64,000 nucleotides of DNA from Candidatus Babelota bacterium (lineage in GTDB: Bacteria; Babelota; Babeliae; Babelales; GCA-2401785): the NCBI GenBank assembly GCA_016871815.1, contig VHBT01000003.1, positions 14,317-78,316 on the forward strand, given 5' to 3'. Positions 31,049 through 41,500 of this stretch are shown in pieces. Within the stretch, counting starts at the first letter, position 1. Each line of letters begins with the position of its first letter. A program made the translations under genes and the position numbers. A model generated the notes under the pieces. It did not search any database, was not told where the DNA came from, and saw only the letters and a list, made by a program, of their open reading frames with translations.

Positions 31049-32176
31049 TTATTCAACGCACTCGATACAATCTTCTTCAACGCACTCTGCGCCACAAGAA
31101 TCATCTAGAATTTCTTCCTTTTCAGAAAAATCTTCTACGGAAAATGAATTATAAACAAGCACCATCGATGGATCCTGAGGTCTTCCCCACACCTCTCTTG
31201 AAACCTCTTTTTCTTCAACAAGAACACTTGAAGGAACATGTAACAAAACAGAGCCTTCTGCATTTTTTGAAACTAAGACTTTAAAGCCACCATCAATCAC
31301 CAAAGAATCATCTCTCACGATTGGAAGTGCTGTTACAAGGGTATTTGATGCAAAGTCATACTGTGAATTTGATGTAACAAAAAAAGATGTCGATGAAGTT
31401 GACTCTCTATCAATACGTGCAATCAAGCTAGGGTCTATAACCGCACCAACTTCTTGCACAACATTCATAATCCCCATCAAATCTTCATCCGAAAACGACG
31501 AAAATACTTCTTGTTTCACGTCCATAAGCACTTGCATAATTTGCATTCTATTTTCATCAGTCAAATCGGCATTTTGGGCACCAGAAAAATTTGCCAATAC
31601 GTTATTCAAGAGAATATCTAAAACCCCTTCAAGATTTGCCGTATCATAATCAGCTTTGTGTTTTTTTATAAGAGACACAATGTCTGAAGAAATTTGCTTA
31701 ATTTGAGCAGAAAGCTCTACAAGATCAGTGTTTATTTCACTAAACTCGGATTGATTTTTCATCAAATCCATAAGCTTTTGATTGCCCATAACAAATCGAT
31801 CTTTGATTCCCGAGAACTCAATCAAGCTAGAATACTTAAATAACAACGGCACGTATTTTTTTGCTACATGACCGATATCAAGTACAAGGCCGGCATCTTC
31901 TGCCATTTCTTGAGATAATCTCTCAAATTCTTGGTCCATGTAAGCAGTTATTTTTTCAACACCATCATTAGTCGCGGATGAAGAAAGCCAATTTTCAAAA
32001 AAAAGGCTCATTCCTGAACGAACAACCAATAACCTATCAAGCGGAGATTTTGCAGCTACCTGTTCTTCACCCGAAACAACAGCAACAACCTGCGTGTCAA
32101 CATCCAAAGATGCCAACAAAGGTAACCCACCAACAAATACCGCGGATAACAAAAGAAGGTTTTTTAAATTTTTCAT
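31049..32176 (-). CDS. Secreted hypothetical protein with an acidic Cys-rich C-terminal tail
   Basis: I chose the ATG at 32176 (GAGGA upstream): MKNLKNLLLLSAVFVGGLPLLASLD... It ends in ...EEILDDSCGAECVEEDCIECVE. No domain recognised. Confidence 0.75.
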   Translation of the reverse strand: MKNLKNLLLLSAVFVGGLPLLASLDVDTQVVAVVSGEEQVAAKSPLDRLLVVRSGMSLFFENWLSSSATNDGVEKITAYMDQEFERLSQEMAEDAGLVLDIGHVAKKYVPLLFKYSSLIEFSGIKDRFVMGNQKLMDLMKNQSEFSEINTDLVELSAQIKQISSDIVSLIKKHKADYDTANLEGVLDILLNNVLANFSGAQNADLTDENRMQIMQVLMDVKQEVFSSFSDEDLMGIMNVVQEVGAVIDPSLIARIDRESTSSTSFFVTSNSQYDFASNTLVTALPIVRDDSLVIDGGFKVLVSKNAEGSVLLHVPSSVLVEEKEVSREVWGRPQDPSMVLVYNSFSVEDFSEKEEILDDSCGAECVEEDCIECVE

Positions 32177-32331
32177 ATTTTTCCTCAAAAAACACACCCT
32201 GCAACTCTCTACTATCACAGTAATTCAGTTGCCCAAAAAAGCAACAGGAAGGCCTCAATAGCAAAAATGATATGTTTTTAAAGAAAAAACCACCCGAGGC
32301 AACCCTGAAGCAAGCAAATCAATTCTTAAAA

Positions 32332-33567
32332 TTAAGCGCGTTTAGGAATTAAAACCATTCTTTGACGAGGAGGAATCTGAGAACGACCTCCAACTGAATC
32401 TTCCAACCGAAAATCAAGTTCGTCACACCCAAAAAAGTTTTTTACCGCATATAACCACTGCTCTATAGAAATCCTCTGATTTTTTTCATGCCAATAAATC
32501 ATCTTTTTTGAACATCCATTCTGTAAGGAACATTTGCCAAATTGTTTTTTACACCTAGGCTCTTCTTCAGATATCACCGCAGATTCACCCAACTCAACAC
32601 CAATTATTTCTCCGCTGCCATCAAATAAAAAATTTGCTATAAACCCTGAAGGAAAATCCAATTCTTTTTTTCGAACAACAGTCGAAAGTCGGGTTTTAAC
32701 TATCCCCTGGTCACATTCAAACCAATAATTCAAATATGGATCGCCTCCAAGAATAGACACATCAACAAAATTATCTGCTAAGAAAAGAGTGAAACAGTCA
32801 GATAAGTCTTTAAAAAAAGATTCCTCAAGAAGATTTCCTTTTCCAAAAAGATTTCCCAACTCATCTTCATTCCTATCACGATCATTAAGCCCAAGAAGGT
32901 GAATATAAGAAAACCTTTCCTTTGGCAAATCTAATCCATCGCTAGCTGCAACAGTCATTAAAAACATCTTCCATTTATAAATAGCGACCCACTTTTTTCC
33001 AGAATTTGGTAAATATTTACTCAAAAAAGTCTCTGCGGCAAACCATACTTTTTTAATCCCCAAAGAAAAAGCTTCAAGTTCGTTCAAAGAAATTAAAGAA
33101 AAAGCCCTAAGCGCTTTTTGATTTGCACAAACCTCAAAAGGATTAAGACCAATCAAAAAAAATAAAGTCAACTTATGATAACTAACCATGATTTCATCAC
33201 AGAATAAACGTATAATCTCCTGCAAATCATTAATGAATTCAACCTTCTCAGGATATTTTTCTTTCAAAACTGAAATGCCTAAAATAAATTGTCCAAAAAG
33301 GCTCTCAAATTTTTTTTTAACTTGCTCATCTGATGACATTAAACAAATTTTCATTTTTTCAAATGAATCTGTTACCAACAACAATCCATTCGGATCAAAT
33401 TCGCCTCTTTGAGCAATTTTTTCAGGGTCAGAACCAAGCAAATCCCGAACAGTTGTCTGCGAAACGTCTTTTCCTGCCGATATACAAACAACATCATCTA
33501 CGCCATACGCCATTCCAGCAAGACAAATAAAAACCCAAATAAATAACGCTTTTTGATTCACAAACAA
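32332..33567 (-). CDS. Secreted hypothetical protein
   Basis: 411-aa ORF with signal MFVNQKALFIWVFICLAGMAYG. No domain recognised. Confidence 0.75.
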   Translation of the reverse strand: MFVNQKALFIWVFICLAGMAYGVDDVVCISAGKDVSQTTVRDLLGSDPEKIAQRGEFDPNGLLLVTDSFEKMKICLMSSDEQVKKKFESLFGQFILGISVLKEKYPEKVEFINDLQEIIRLFCDEIMVSYHKLTLFFLIGLNPFEVCANQKALRAFSLISLNELEAFSLGIKKVWFAAETFLSKYLPNSGKKWVAIYKWKMFLMTVAASDGLDLPKERFSYIHLLGLNDRDRNEDELGNLFGKGNLLEESFFKDLSDCFTLFLADNFVDVSILGGDPYLNYWFECDQGIVKTRLSTVVRKKELDFPSGFIANFLFDGSGEIIGVELGESAVISEEEPRCKKQFGKCSLQNGCSKKMIYWHEKNQRISIEQWLYAVKNFFGCDELDFRLEDSVGGRSQIPPRQRMVLIPKRA

Positions 33568-33697
33568 ACCTCTTCAAGTAAAATTAAATAAGTGTTAATT
33601 CTATCAATAAATAGCATTTTTAAAAAATTAACTGTAAAAACCAGCTTTTTTTTAAAAAATTAAAAATCAGCAAAAAACCAATATCACGGAATTAACC

Positions 33698-35308
33698 ATG
33701 GACAGAAAAAAACTTGGCCACATTATTGGCGGATCCTTGATTGACGGACTACTCATGCGTATGACGTCTGGCGCAGACATCGAAAATGCCAAAGCGGGCC
33801 GATTTGTCTGCATTGATGGCGGAACGTATCGTTTTTTTTCGCTTATTTCCAATATTGCCCTCGACTCAATCGGTGATAATTTTACAAAAACAACATTAGC
33901 CACAGAAAACTCATTTACCGCACAAATTCTGCGAAAAAACAATTTTTTTGCGACCTTGTTCATTAAACCACTTATCATGCTTGATGCAAAAAACAATTTA
34001 ATGCCGGTAAAAACCATTCCTCCTCACTGCGCACCGGTCTATGAAGCGCATGACTCGGAAATTGCACTTATTTTTGGCACCGAGCGCCCGGATAATCTTT
34101 TTTTCAATATTGGCACTCCTCTTGATATGAACACCCCAGTTTGCCTGGATCTCAACAAACTAACCGAACGAAGTAATGCTGTTTTTGGAAAAACAGGAAC
34201 GGGTAAAACATTTATCACCCGCATTTTGCTCGCAGGAATTTTAGCGAAAAAAGCTGGCGTAAACCTTATTTTTGACATGCATTCTGAATATGGACTACAA
34301 GCTCGCCAAGAGGGCAATAACAAAAAATTTGTGAAAGGTCTTAAAACCCTTTTCCCATCACAAGTTGCTATTTTTTCTCTAGACCCAGCCTCCACAAGAC
34401 GACGTGGATGCGCTCCAGACCAAGAAGTTGTTATCGGTTTTGATGAAATCACGGTCGATGACATCATGCTTCTCTCTGAAGAGCTCTCCCTTCATACTAC
34501 CGCTCTAGAAGCAGCATACCTTTTGCATACTCGATTCAAAAAAAACTGGCTCTCTATGCTTTTAAAAAACGAATCTTCGATCAAAGAACTTTCTAACGAC
34601 CTAGGAGCCCATCCTGAATCGATGGCTGCTCTTTTAAGAAAACTTAAACGACTTGAATACCTGCCCTTTCTAACTCAAGAAACTACCGAAAAATCGGTTA
34701 TTAAAAGCCTTCTTTCATATCTGGATCGCGGCATCAGTGTTATTTTAGAATTCGGACACCAAACATCTATGCTCAGTTATCTGTTGGTAACCGGGGTAAT
34801 TACCAGGCATATTCACCATCATTATGTAAAAAAAACAGAACAATACTTAGCAGACCCTGCAAACCAACCAGAACCCCATAAATTAATGATAACCATCGAA
34901 GAAGCACACAAATTTTTAAATCCTCAGGCAGCAAAACAAACTATTTTTGGCACAATCGCCCGAGAATTGCGAAAATACTACGTATCGCTCTTAATCGTTG
35001 ATCAGCGACCATCTAGCATTGATTCTGAAGTCTTATCCCAGGTGGGAACAAAACTTATTGCACAACTTAATGATGAACGAGATATCCAAGCTGTTCTTAC
35101 CGGAGCACCCGACAGCGTAAGCTTAAAATCCGTGCTGGCAACCCTTGACTCAAAACAACAAATATTAGCTCTCGGACACGCTCTTACCATGCCGATAGTC
35201 TTAAAAACGCGAAAATTTGATGAAACTTTTTACAAAGATGTCTCTGAGATAAGCCTTCCGGGGGGAACCATTCTCTCAACCAAGGAAAAAATCGATACAA
35301 TTTTTTAA
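33698..35308 (+). CDS. HerA/FtsK-superfamily P-loop ATPase (HerA-like, DUF87-type)
   Basis: 536 aa with Walker A FGKTGTGKTFI (nt ~34187-34210), Walker B LMITIEEAHKFL and the HerA-typical LLIVDQRPSSIDSEVLSQVGTKLIAQLNDERD motif. Confidence 0.8.
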   Translation: MDRKKLGHIIGGSLIDGLLMRMTSGADIENAKAGRFVCIDGGTYRFFSLISNIALDSIGDNFTKTTLATENSFTAQILRKNNFFATLFIKPLIMLDAKNNLMPVKTIPPHCAPVYEAHDSEIALIFGTERPDNLFFNIGTPLDMNTPVCLDLNKLTERSNAVFGKTGTGKTFITRILLAGILAKKAGVNLIFDMHSEYGLQARQEGNNKKFVKGLKTLFPSQVAIFSLDPASTRRRGCAPDQEVVIGFDEITVDDIMLLSEELSLHTTALEAAYLLHTRFKKNWLSMLLKNESSIKELSNDLGAHPESMAALLRKLKRLEYLPFLTQETTEKSVIKSLLSYLDRGISVILEFGHQTSMLSYLLVTGVITRHIHHHYVKKTEQYLADPANQPEPHKLMITIEEAHKFLNPQAAKQTIFGTIARELRKYYVSLLIVDQRPSSIDSEVLSQVGTKLIAQLNDERDIQAVLTGAPDSVSLKSVLATLDSKQQILALGHALTMPIVLKTRKFDETFYKDVSEISLPGGTILSTKEKIDTIF

Positions 35309-35463
35309 CCAATAATCCAAATCGAATAACCATTTTTATCAAAAAAAGAGCTTTTTTTTAGCTCTCTTCTAAAAAAAACCATTCCTCCGCAGAATCTGTA
35401 TCCTCAAAGAATAAGGTTTGCTCACACATTAAAAGATATGTACAAGATTTTTGGAATCAATAA

Positions 35464-38400
35464 ATGGTAAAAACGCACAAAATCGCTTATTTTTTACTCG
35501 TTTTACAATTTTTACAACTCACAGGGGGTCTCTTCTGTGGGGGTGAAGTTATTGTTGATGCCCCAGAAATCATGGAAACAGATCTCCCAAGCGCAAACAA
35601 ATTCAAACAAATTCAACGACAATGGATCAGGGTAGATGTCTCCTCAAAAAAGAAAGTCGTTTCATTTGATTCAGCGCCAACTGATATTGAAAAAGTTATT
35701 TCCGGCGGTAAAAGCTCTCTTCCAAAACACCGCAATAACGTACTCAATTTTTTCATAGAAACAAGCTCTAAAAACAAATCATTAGTACATTTTTCCAAGG
35801 AACGAGACTGGGAAGATCTTCAGCTTTTTAATGCAAAAACAACGTTACTAGATTCGTGCTGCAGAACAGCGACAACCTCTGGTGAAGTTCTCATGGCAGG
35901 ACTTATCACGCATCGCCCATCGATTCAAACAAGTCTAGATAGACGCGATTTTATTTCTGCTCTCAGCGCAAAACAAGACACCAGAGATATTCTCCGAAAA
36001 CAAGTTAACCGCTTCTCATTAGTTGAAGAAACCTTTTTTAGCCTCACAATGCAACCCGAAGATCCTGTCATTCGGGCTTCAATCGACGATCTAAAACCAA
36101 AACTAGAAATTCCTGGCCTCTTAAAATTTTTATTATTTTTAGGACAACCCGTTGCGGCCTTAGAGCTCTGCGGCCTTGAATATCTTTTTAAAAAAACAGG
36201 CTCAATGGATAAAATTATTAATAATCCAGAATTCATACGATGGCATGCAATTATCACCCAAAAAACAGCTCACTATTTTTGGAACCCACTAATAAATCAA
36301 TTATTAGTTGGCTGTTATTTTATTATAAATCCATTACGAATGAATAACGGAATTGCATTCGCCCTACTCAGGAATAACTTCAGAAACGCTATTGTATCTT
36401 TTGACAAAGATAAAGACACGCAAACCCTTGTAAGCACAATGTTTAAAAACATTCCGTTACAATTAAACTCTCCCGAAAACCAAATCCCACCATACACTGG
36501 GCCCGCAAACGATCCAGTGGCACAATTTATTCATTCAATTCCATATCGCGCTAAACAAGGAATGATCATAACAAAACCAATTTTTACCATAGCGTGGTAC
36601 ATTGCAAAAAAAATGTGGCTTGGAAATTTTACCAACACAAATGTTTTTCCCCTCTCTCCGTTAAAAGGTTTCAAGTCTCTTCTTTGCCTTGTAAACGATT
36701 TATTCTTTTGGAACACAAATGAGCTCAGACAAGCTATCTGTGACAGTAAGCCTACTCCGCCATCAACAAGCGCAAGCGCAGCAGAAAAACGCTCCTGGGA
36801 AAATCCCGGAGTATTTGATGGGCCTTATTTATCATGGTCTTTAAACGAACACACTCACACAAGCCCATTTATATACGCTGCTCACTCATTACTCAGACTT
36901 ACACACAAATCTTTTTTTCATGAAGATCCAACATCAAAAGCCGACTTTGTAACCGATCAATCTACAAAAGAAAAACTAAAACAAATTGCGATTAACCATA
37001 TCGAAAAAGTCAAAAAGGAAAATCCTGGGAATACAACAGCTCAAAACCTATTGGACAGACTCAGCCTCATTACAAAACCAACTGATACCTATATTGACTA
37101 TCTTTCTTGGTGGAAAAACGTTGGAACACAAACAATTAAAAGCCTATGGAATACCTTTATTGCGCCAAATCAACTCTCAACAATCGATGAATATGCTCAA
37201 TTAATTCCACGCAAAGATGATTTAAAGGAAATTTCAAGCTCACTTCTTGGGATTCTTTCTCATTATAAAAACTCTCCGCCAGAAAGAACCAGTCCCAGCC
37301 GTGGTCATGCAATCACCCAAATGACTGCATGGTTTGTCATCAGTATTTTATTTGGGCGTTGGCTCGATAGACACTTAAATCCTAAAGAACGTGTTGATGC
37401 AATCGACAAAATTATTTTTAGCGCAACAAAACCTGCGATGGTTTTATTATCTGCAACTTCAGAAATTTTTGATGCACTTACAACAAACGCACATCATTTT
37501 ATTTTTCCACCAAGCTTAGCTTCTAAGCTCGCTCTCTTCAAAACAACCTCATCTCAACATGCAGATCTTATCTCCTACTCAAAAGATAAAACATTTACTC
37601 AAAAAACAGGTCATACCATTTTTGATCATATTGGAAAAGTTCGCACAGCATACGACTTAATCCAAACACCGGATGCAAAAAAACTACTGGCTCTGTGTAT
37701 TCATATTATCGCAGAAGTTGATTGCTATCTCAGTGTTGAAAAATTATCAGAAGAATTTAGCTCAACAGAAAACAAAGTTTCACCAGTTGAATTCATTAAT
37801 GCTCAATCACCATTTATCAACATAAAAAATGGATGGTTTCCTCTGTTTGGAACCAAGTCAATCGGAACCGATTTACTTATGGGAAATGGGCACTCAGAAA
37901 ACATTCTTCTCACCGGTCTTAATGGTGGCGGAAAATCTATTCTACTCAAAAACATTGTCTTCAATTTAATGTTTGCTCATGCGTTTGGCTGGGCATTTGC
38001 AACTTCATGCACGATCACTCCTTTTTCTCAACTTATTCTTCACTTAAATTCTCTTGATAATGCAGCAGAAGGAAAATCTCGTTGGGTTGCAGAAGCTGAA
38101 GCAATCGTAGACATGATCAAAGCAGCTCTAACTCAACGATCTGCACAATATTTTATCTTTGCCTCGGGCGATGAGCTCGGAGACGGAACCGCTGCACAAG
38201 CATCTATTAATGTTATGACAAAATTATTAAAAGCTTTTTCTAGTCAAAAACACGTTCTTTCTATCATTTCATCTCACCTCCAACCATTAACAGAACTCGA
38301 AAAAACAATCACTCGACTAAAAAATTGTCGAATCAATCAACAGCGAAAACTTGAAGACGGAATCAATAAGACAAATATCGCATTAGCAATTTTTGAAAAA

Positions 38401-38508
38401 TTTAGTAACACCCGTACAGATGAAAATGGTTTTGCAGCCCTTTTGGCAAAAGAAATTGCCGCGCAAGAAGAGCAAGATCAAAACTCTTTTTCTCTTATAA
38501 GCACATGA
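35464..38508 (+). CDS. Giant membrane-anchored MutS-domain-V ATPase paralogue (1014 aa)
   Basis: N-terminal signal or anchor MVKTHKIAYFLLVLQFLQLTGGLF, followed by a long unique region with hydrophobic segments. The C-terminal region is LLTGLNGGGKSILLKN (Walker A, nt 37915-37941), KSRWVAEAEA, FIFASGDELGDGTA and ISSHLQPL. Confidence 0.85.
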   Translation: MVKTHKIAYFLLVLQFLQLTGGLFCGGEVIVDAPEIMETDLPSANKFKQIQRQWIRVDVSSKKKVVSFDSAPTDIEKVISGGKSSLPKHRNNVLNFFIETSSKNKSLVHFSKERDWEDLQLFNAKTTLLDSCCRTATTSGEVLMAGLITHRPSIQTSLDRRDFISALSAKQDTRDILRKQVNRFSLVEETFFSLTMQPEDPVIRASIDDLKPKLEIPGLLKFLLFLGQPVAALELCGLEYLFKKTGSMDKIINNPEFIRWHAIITQKTAHYFWNPLINQLLVGCYFIINPLRMNNGIAFALLRNNFRNAIVSFDKDKDTQTLVSTMFKNIPLQLNSPENQIPPYTGPANDPVAQFIHSIPYRAKQGMIITKPIFTIAWYIAKKMWLGNFTNTNVFPLSPLKGFKSLLCLVNDLFFWNTNELRQAICDSKPTPPSTSASAAEKRSWENPGVFDGPYLSWSLNEHTHTSPFIYAAHSLLRLTHKSFFHEDPTSKADFVTDQSTKEKLKQIAINHIEKVKKENPGNTTAQNLLDRLSLITKPTDTYIDYLSWWKNVGTQTIKSLWNTFIAPNQLSTIDEYAQLIPRKDDLKEISSSLLGILSHYKNSPPERTSPSRGHAITQMTAWFVISILFGRWLDRHLNPKERVDAIDKIIFSATKPAMVLLSATSEIFDALTTNAHHFIFPPSLASKLALFKTTSSQHADLISYSKDKTFTQKTGHTIFDHIGKVRTAYDLIQTPDAKKLLALCIHIIAEVDCYLSVEKLSEEFSSTENKVSPVEFINAQSPFINIKNGWFPLFGTKSIGTDLLMGNGHSENILLTGLNGGGKSILLKNIVFNLMFAHAFGWAFATSCTITPFSQLILHLNSLDNAAEGKSRWVAEAEAIVDMIKAALTQRSAQYFIFASGDELGDGTAAQASINVMTKLLKAFSSQKHVLSIISSHLQPLTELEKTITRLKNCRINQQRKLEDGINKTNIALAIFEKFSNTRTDENGFAALLAKEIAAQEEQDQNSFSLIST

Positions 38509-38518
38509 AGGTGAAGTA

Positions 38519-41500
38519 ATGAAAAATACCTATAAAAAACAATCGAAAAAGATATTTCTCTGCGTCCTTCTTGTAGTTCACACCCTTTCTCCAACGGCGC
38601 TTCTTTTTTCAAAACCAAGAGCTGTACACGTTTTTAAAAAAACAAACATGCATTTACCATCAAGAAAAGCATTTCAAGAAATTGCAAGTTGCTGGGAAGG
38701 ACTACAACCAGCTGCATATATAAAAAATAAAAGTAAAAAAATTGGTAATCTTGATACGCCTGAACAAGCGATTTCGTTCATCTCTGCCCAACAAGGCTCG
38801 CTAAAAAAACACAGTGAAGTAAAACCAATTGCAGAAGCTCTTGAATATCTTTCTGATCTTGCAAGCCCTGCAAGTGCATTTGACCTTTTAAACTCTACCC
38901 CTCGAGCGGTTACAGACTTACAAGTTTTTGGAGAAAAAGGCTTTTATAAAAATATTAATCGAACATCATTAGCGCTTGGCCAAGCATTACAAATTACACA
39001 AATTTACCAAGGCGCACGCTCAGAACTAGAAGCAACAGAACGCAGAGACCTTATTTCATCTTTTTTAAAAAATCCTGACTTAACAAAAGCAGTTTGCCTG
39101 AGAATAAAAGCTCTTCAAAAGATTGAAGCACAATTTTTACGTCAATCAAAAGCCTCTTTTAATCACAATCTTGAAAATAAAATAGAAAAACTTGCGCCAT
39201 CTAAATGGTTTGGGAAATATCGCGAAAACGCAAGCTTCATGCGATGGCATGCCTTTTTTACTCAAAAAACAGCCAATTGGTTTTTTGGATACGAACACCA
39301 GAAAGCAATGTATCTTTTTAGCGCATTCCTTACGATTGTATCGCTCGTTTTAAGCAAACAAAGTCAAACATTTGTATATGATTTTTATTCAGCATTAAAA
39401 AATTTTATCAAAAGAACAAACACATCTCCACAAACCGGAACCGGAGTTGCAAGCTCTTCTGTGTCAACAGGAACCACAACACCCCAAGATCAGCCGCAAG
39501 TCCCTCCACATACCTTCACACAACAAATTCGCTCATTCCCTCGAGTAATGGTTCAACAATATTTCGAAAGAAACCCAAGCGGAATGTTATGGATCTCTGA
39601 AAAATTCTACAACCGAACACTTGAGTCTCCAAGCAAGCGAGCCGCCAGTTTAGAAAGACTCAAAGATGGGTGCTCAGATACCTCTGGTCTTCGCATGCTT
39701 GCAGATTTTATGTTTGGTCCACTTACAGGACTATTTAGCGGTCTTGGCGCTGCTACATCAAGTGCTGCAAAAACGCTTATAGATCCATTAAAAGGACCAA
39801 TTTCATCTGCTCAATGGAAAGATGCTCCGTTAAGCAGCTTAACCTCACTTCCATACAAAAGTGCTGTTGCGGATTTTAAAAAAAGATTTTGTGAAAATTT
39901 TGGAGAATCAAGCTTCATGTCTTGGCGTATGAATGGTCTTGATAGTCTGCCAAAAATGACCCAGGAGTACATCTTAAAAGAAATTAATGAAAACAAAGAT
40001 CTTGCAGAGCTTTTTATTATTGATAAAACAGATCAAACAAATTCAGAGCAAACAATCGCCCACCAACTATTCAAATGGGTAGATCCTTTTGGTTTTTACA
40101 GATATTCCGATGCGCTTCAAGACAGCGCAACTCCTGCTGATGGCATCACCAATGCTGCAAAAAAACTTACAGGCGCTCCCGATGAAGAAAAAAATCCATT
40201 TAAAATGCTAAATACTGTGCTAAATAATTTACCAGGCATAAACAACCTTTTAACCGGAGACCTGGGACAAATAAGCGTTCCTGCTCTTTTTTCTAATCCA
40301 TTCACCATGATTAGATCAATCATGATATCTCCAGGTGCCAACTTATTTAAACTGCTTTTTGGATATGGAGGCAGAACTCACTGGAATTGGGGTTTTCTTG
40401 GCCTACGAACGCGAGAACTTTTGTATGCTCTTTCAAATCCATTTGTACAAGCAGCATTCAAAGAAAAAACTTCTAGGACTCATGAACACGGTGGAAATAC
40501 CTATAAAATAACGTTTGCGCCAAATTTATTTAATTTAGCGTCCTTACTCAGACCCGCTTTTTATTGGGCAAGATGGCTATACTATAAATCATATATAACA
40601 GAGACTCCTGCTAGCAGGCTGTCAAATACATATAACGCGGAAAGAATTATTCAAGCGAGAATAGCTGAAGATGCGAACAAGAGCGATTCTCTTTTTGATG
40701 GATGCGATTTAAATGCCTTTAAATTGTTCACCGTCGAATCAGTTAACGCCGATGGCTCTATTTCAACTGAAGATATTAGCAAACAACAAGCATCAGAAAT
40801 CCTTCTTGAAGCAATAAATACCGGAAAACTTCAACAATTATTCCAAACTCGTAATACGCAAGGCCTTACGGGAGATGAATTAGCGCAAGCTCTCAAACAT
40901 AATCAGTCAATTCTAAACAAAAAATTAAATTGGAAAAAATTCATCCTTGGACTTGAAGTTCTTGCATTAGTCACCATCTTTGTCGGTAGTAAATTTTGGT
41001 CAACGTTTGTTTTTGGAGCAAAGACGAAAGTTGAAATGTACGACGTTCTTGATAAATACATGTTCGAATCCGTAAAGCCGTCGATTATGTTTGCAGAACT
41101 TACCAGACAAATCAGTGGAATCTTCAAAAACAACTCACACGACCTGCCTCTTCCAACTTCTTTAAGAGAAAAATTTGCTCATATTGCTCATACCAGCTCA
41201 AAAGAATGCCAAGAATTTTCCCTTATCGCCCAAAATAGCCTTTTCTTCAAAGACACTCACCCGGGAACATTTGGCGACGTTGGCTCTGTGAGACGTGCAT
41301 ACCAACTCCTCAAAAGACCTGACGTAAAAGAATGGGTTGCAACATGCGCAACAATTATTGCAGAACTTGATAGTTATACGGGAATGGCGCGCCTTGTTGT
41401 TGAACACAAAGACATTCAAAATCCTTACGCACCAGTAAGATTTGTTGATCAAGAGAAACCTTTTGTTCACCTTGAAAATTTTTGGTTTCCACTACTCAAT

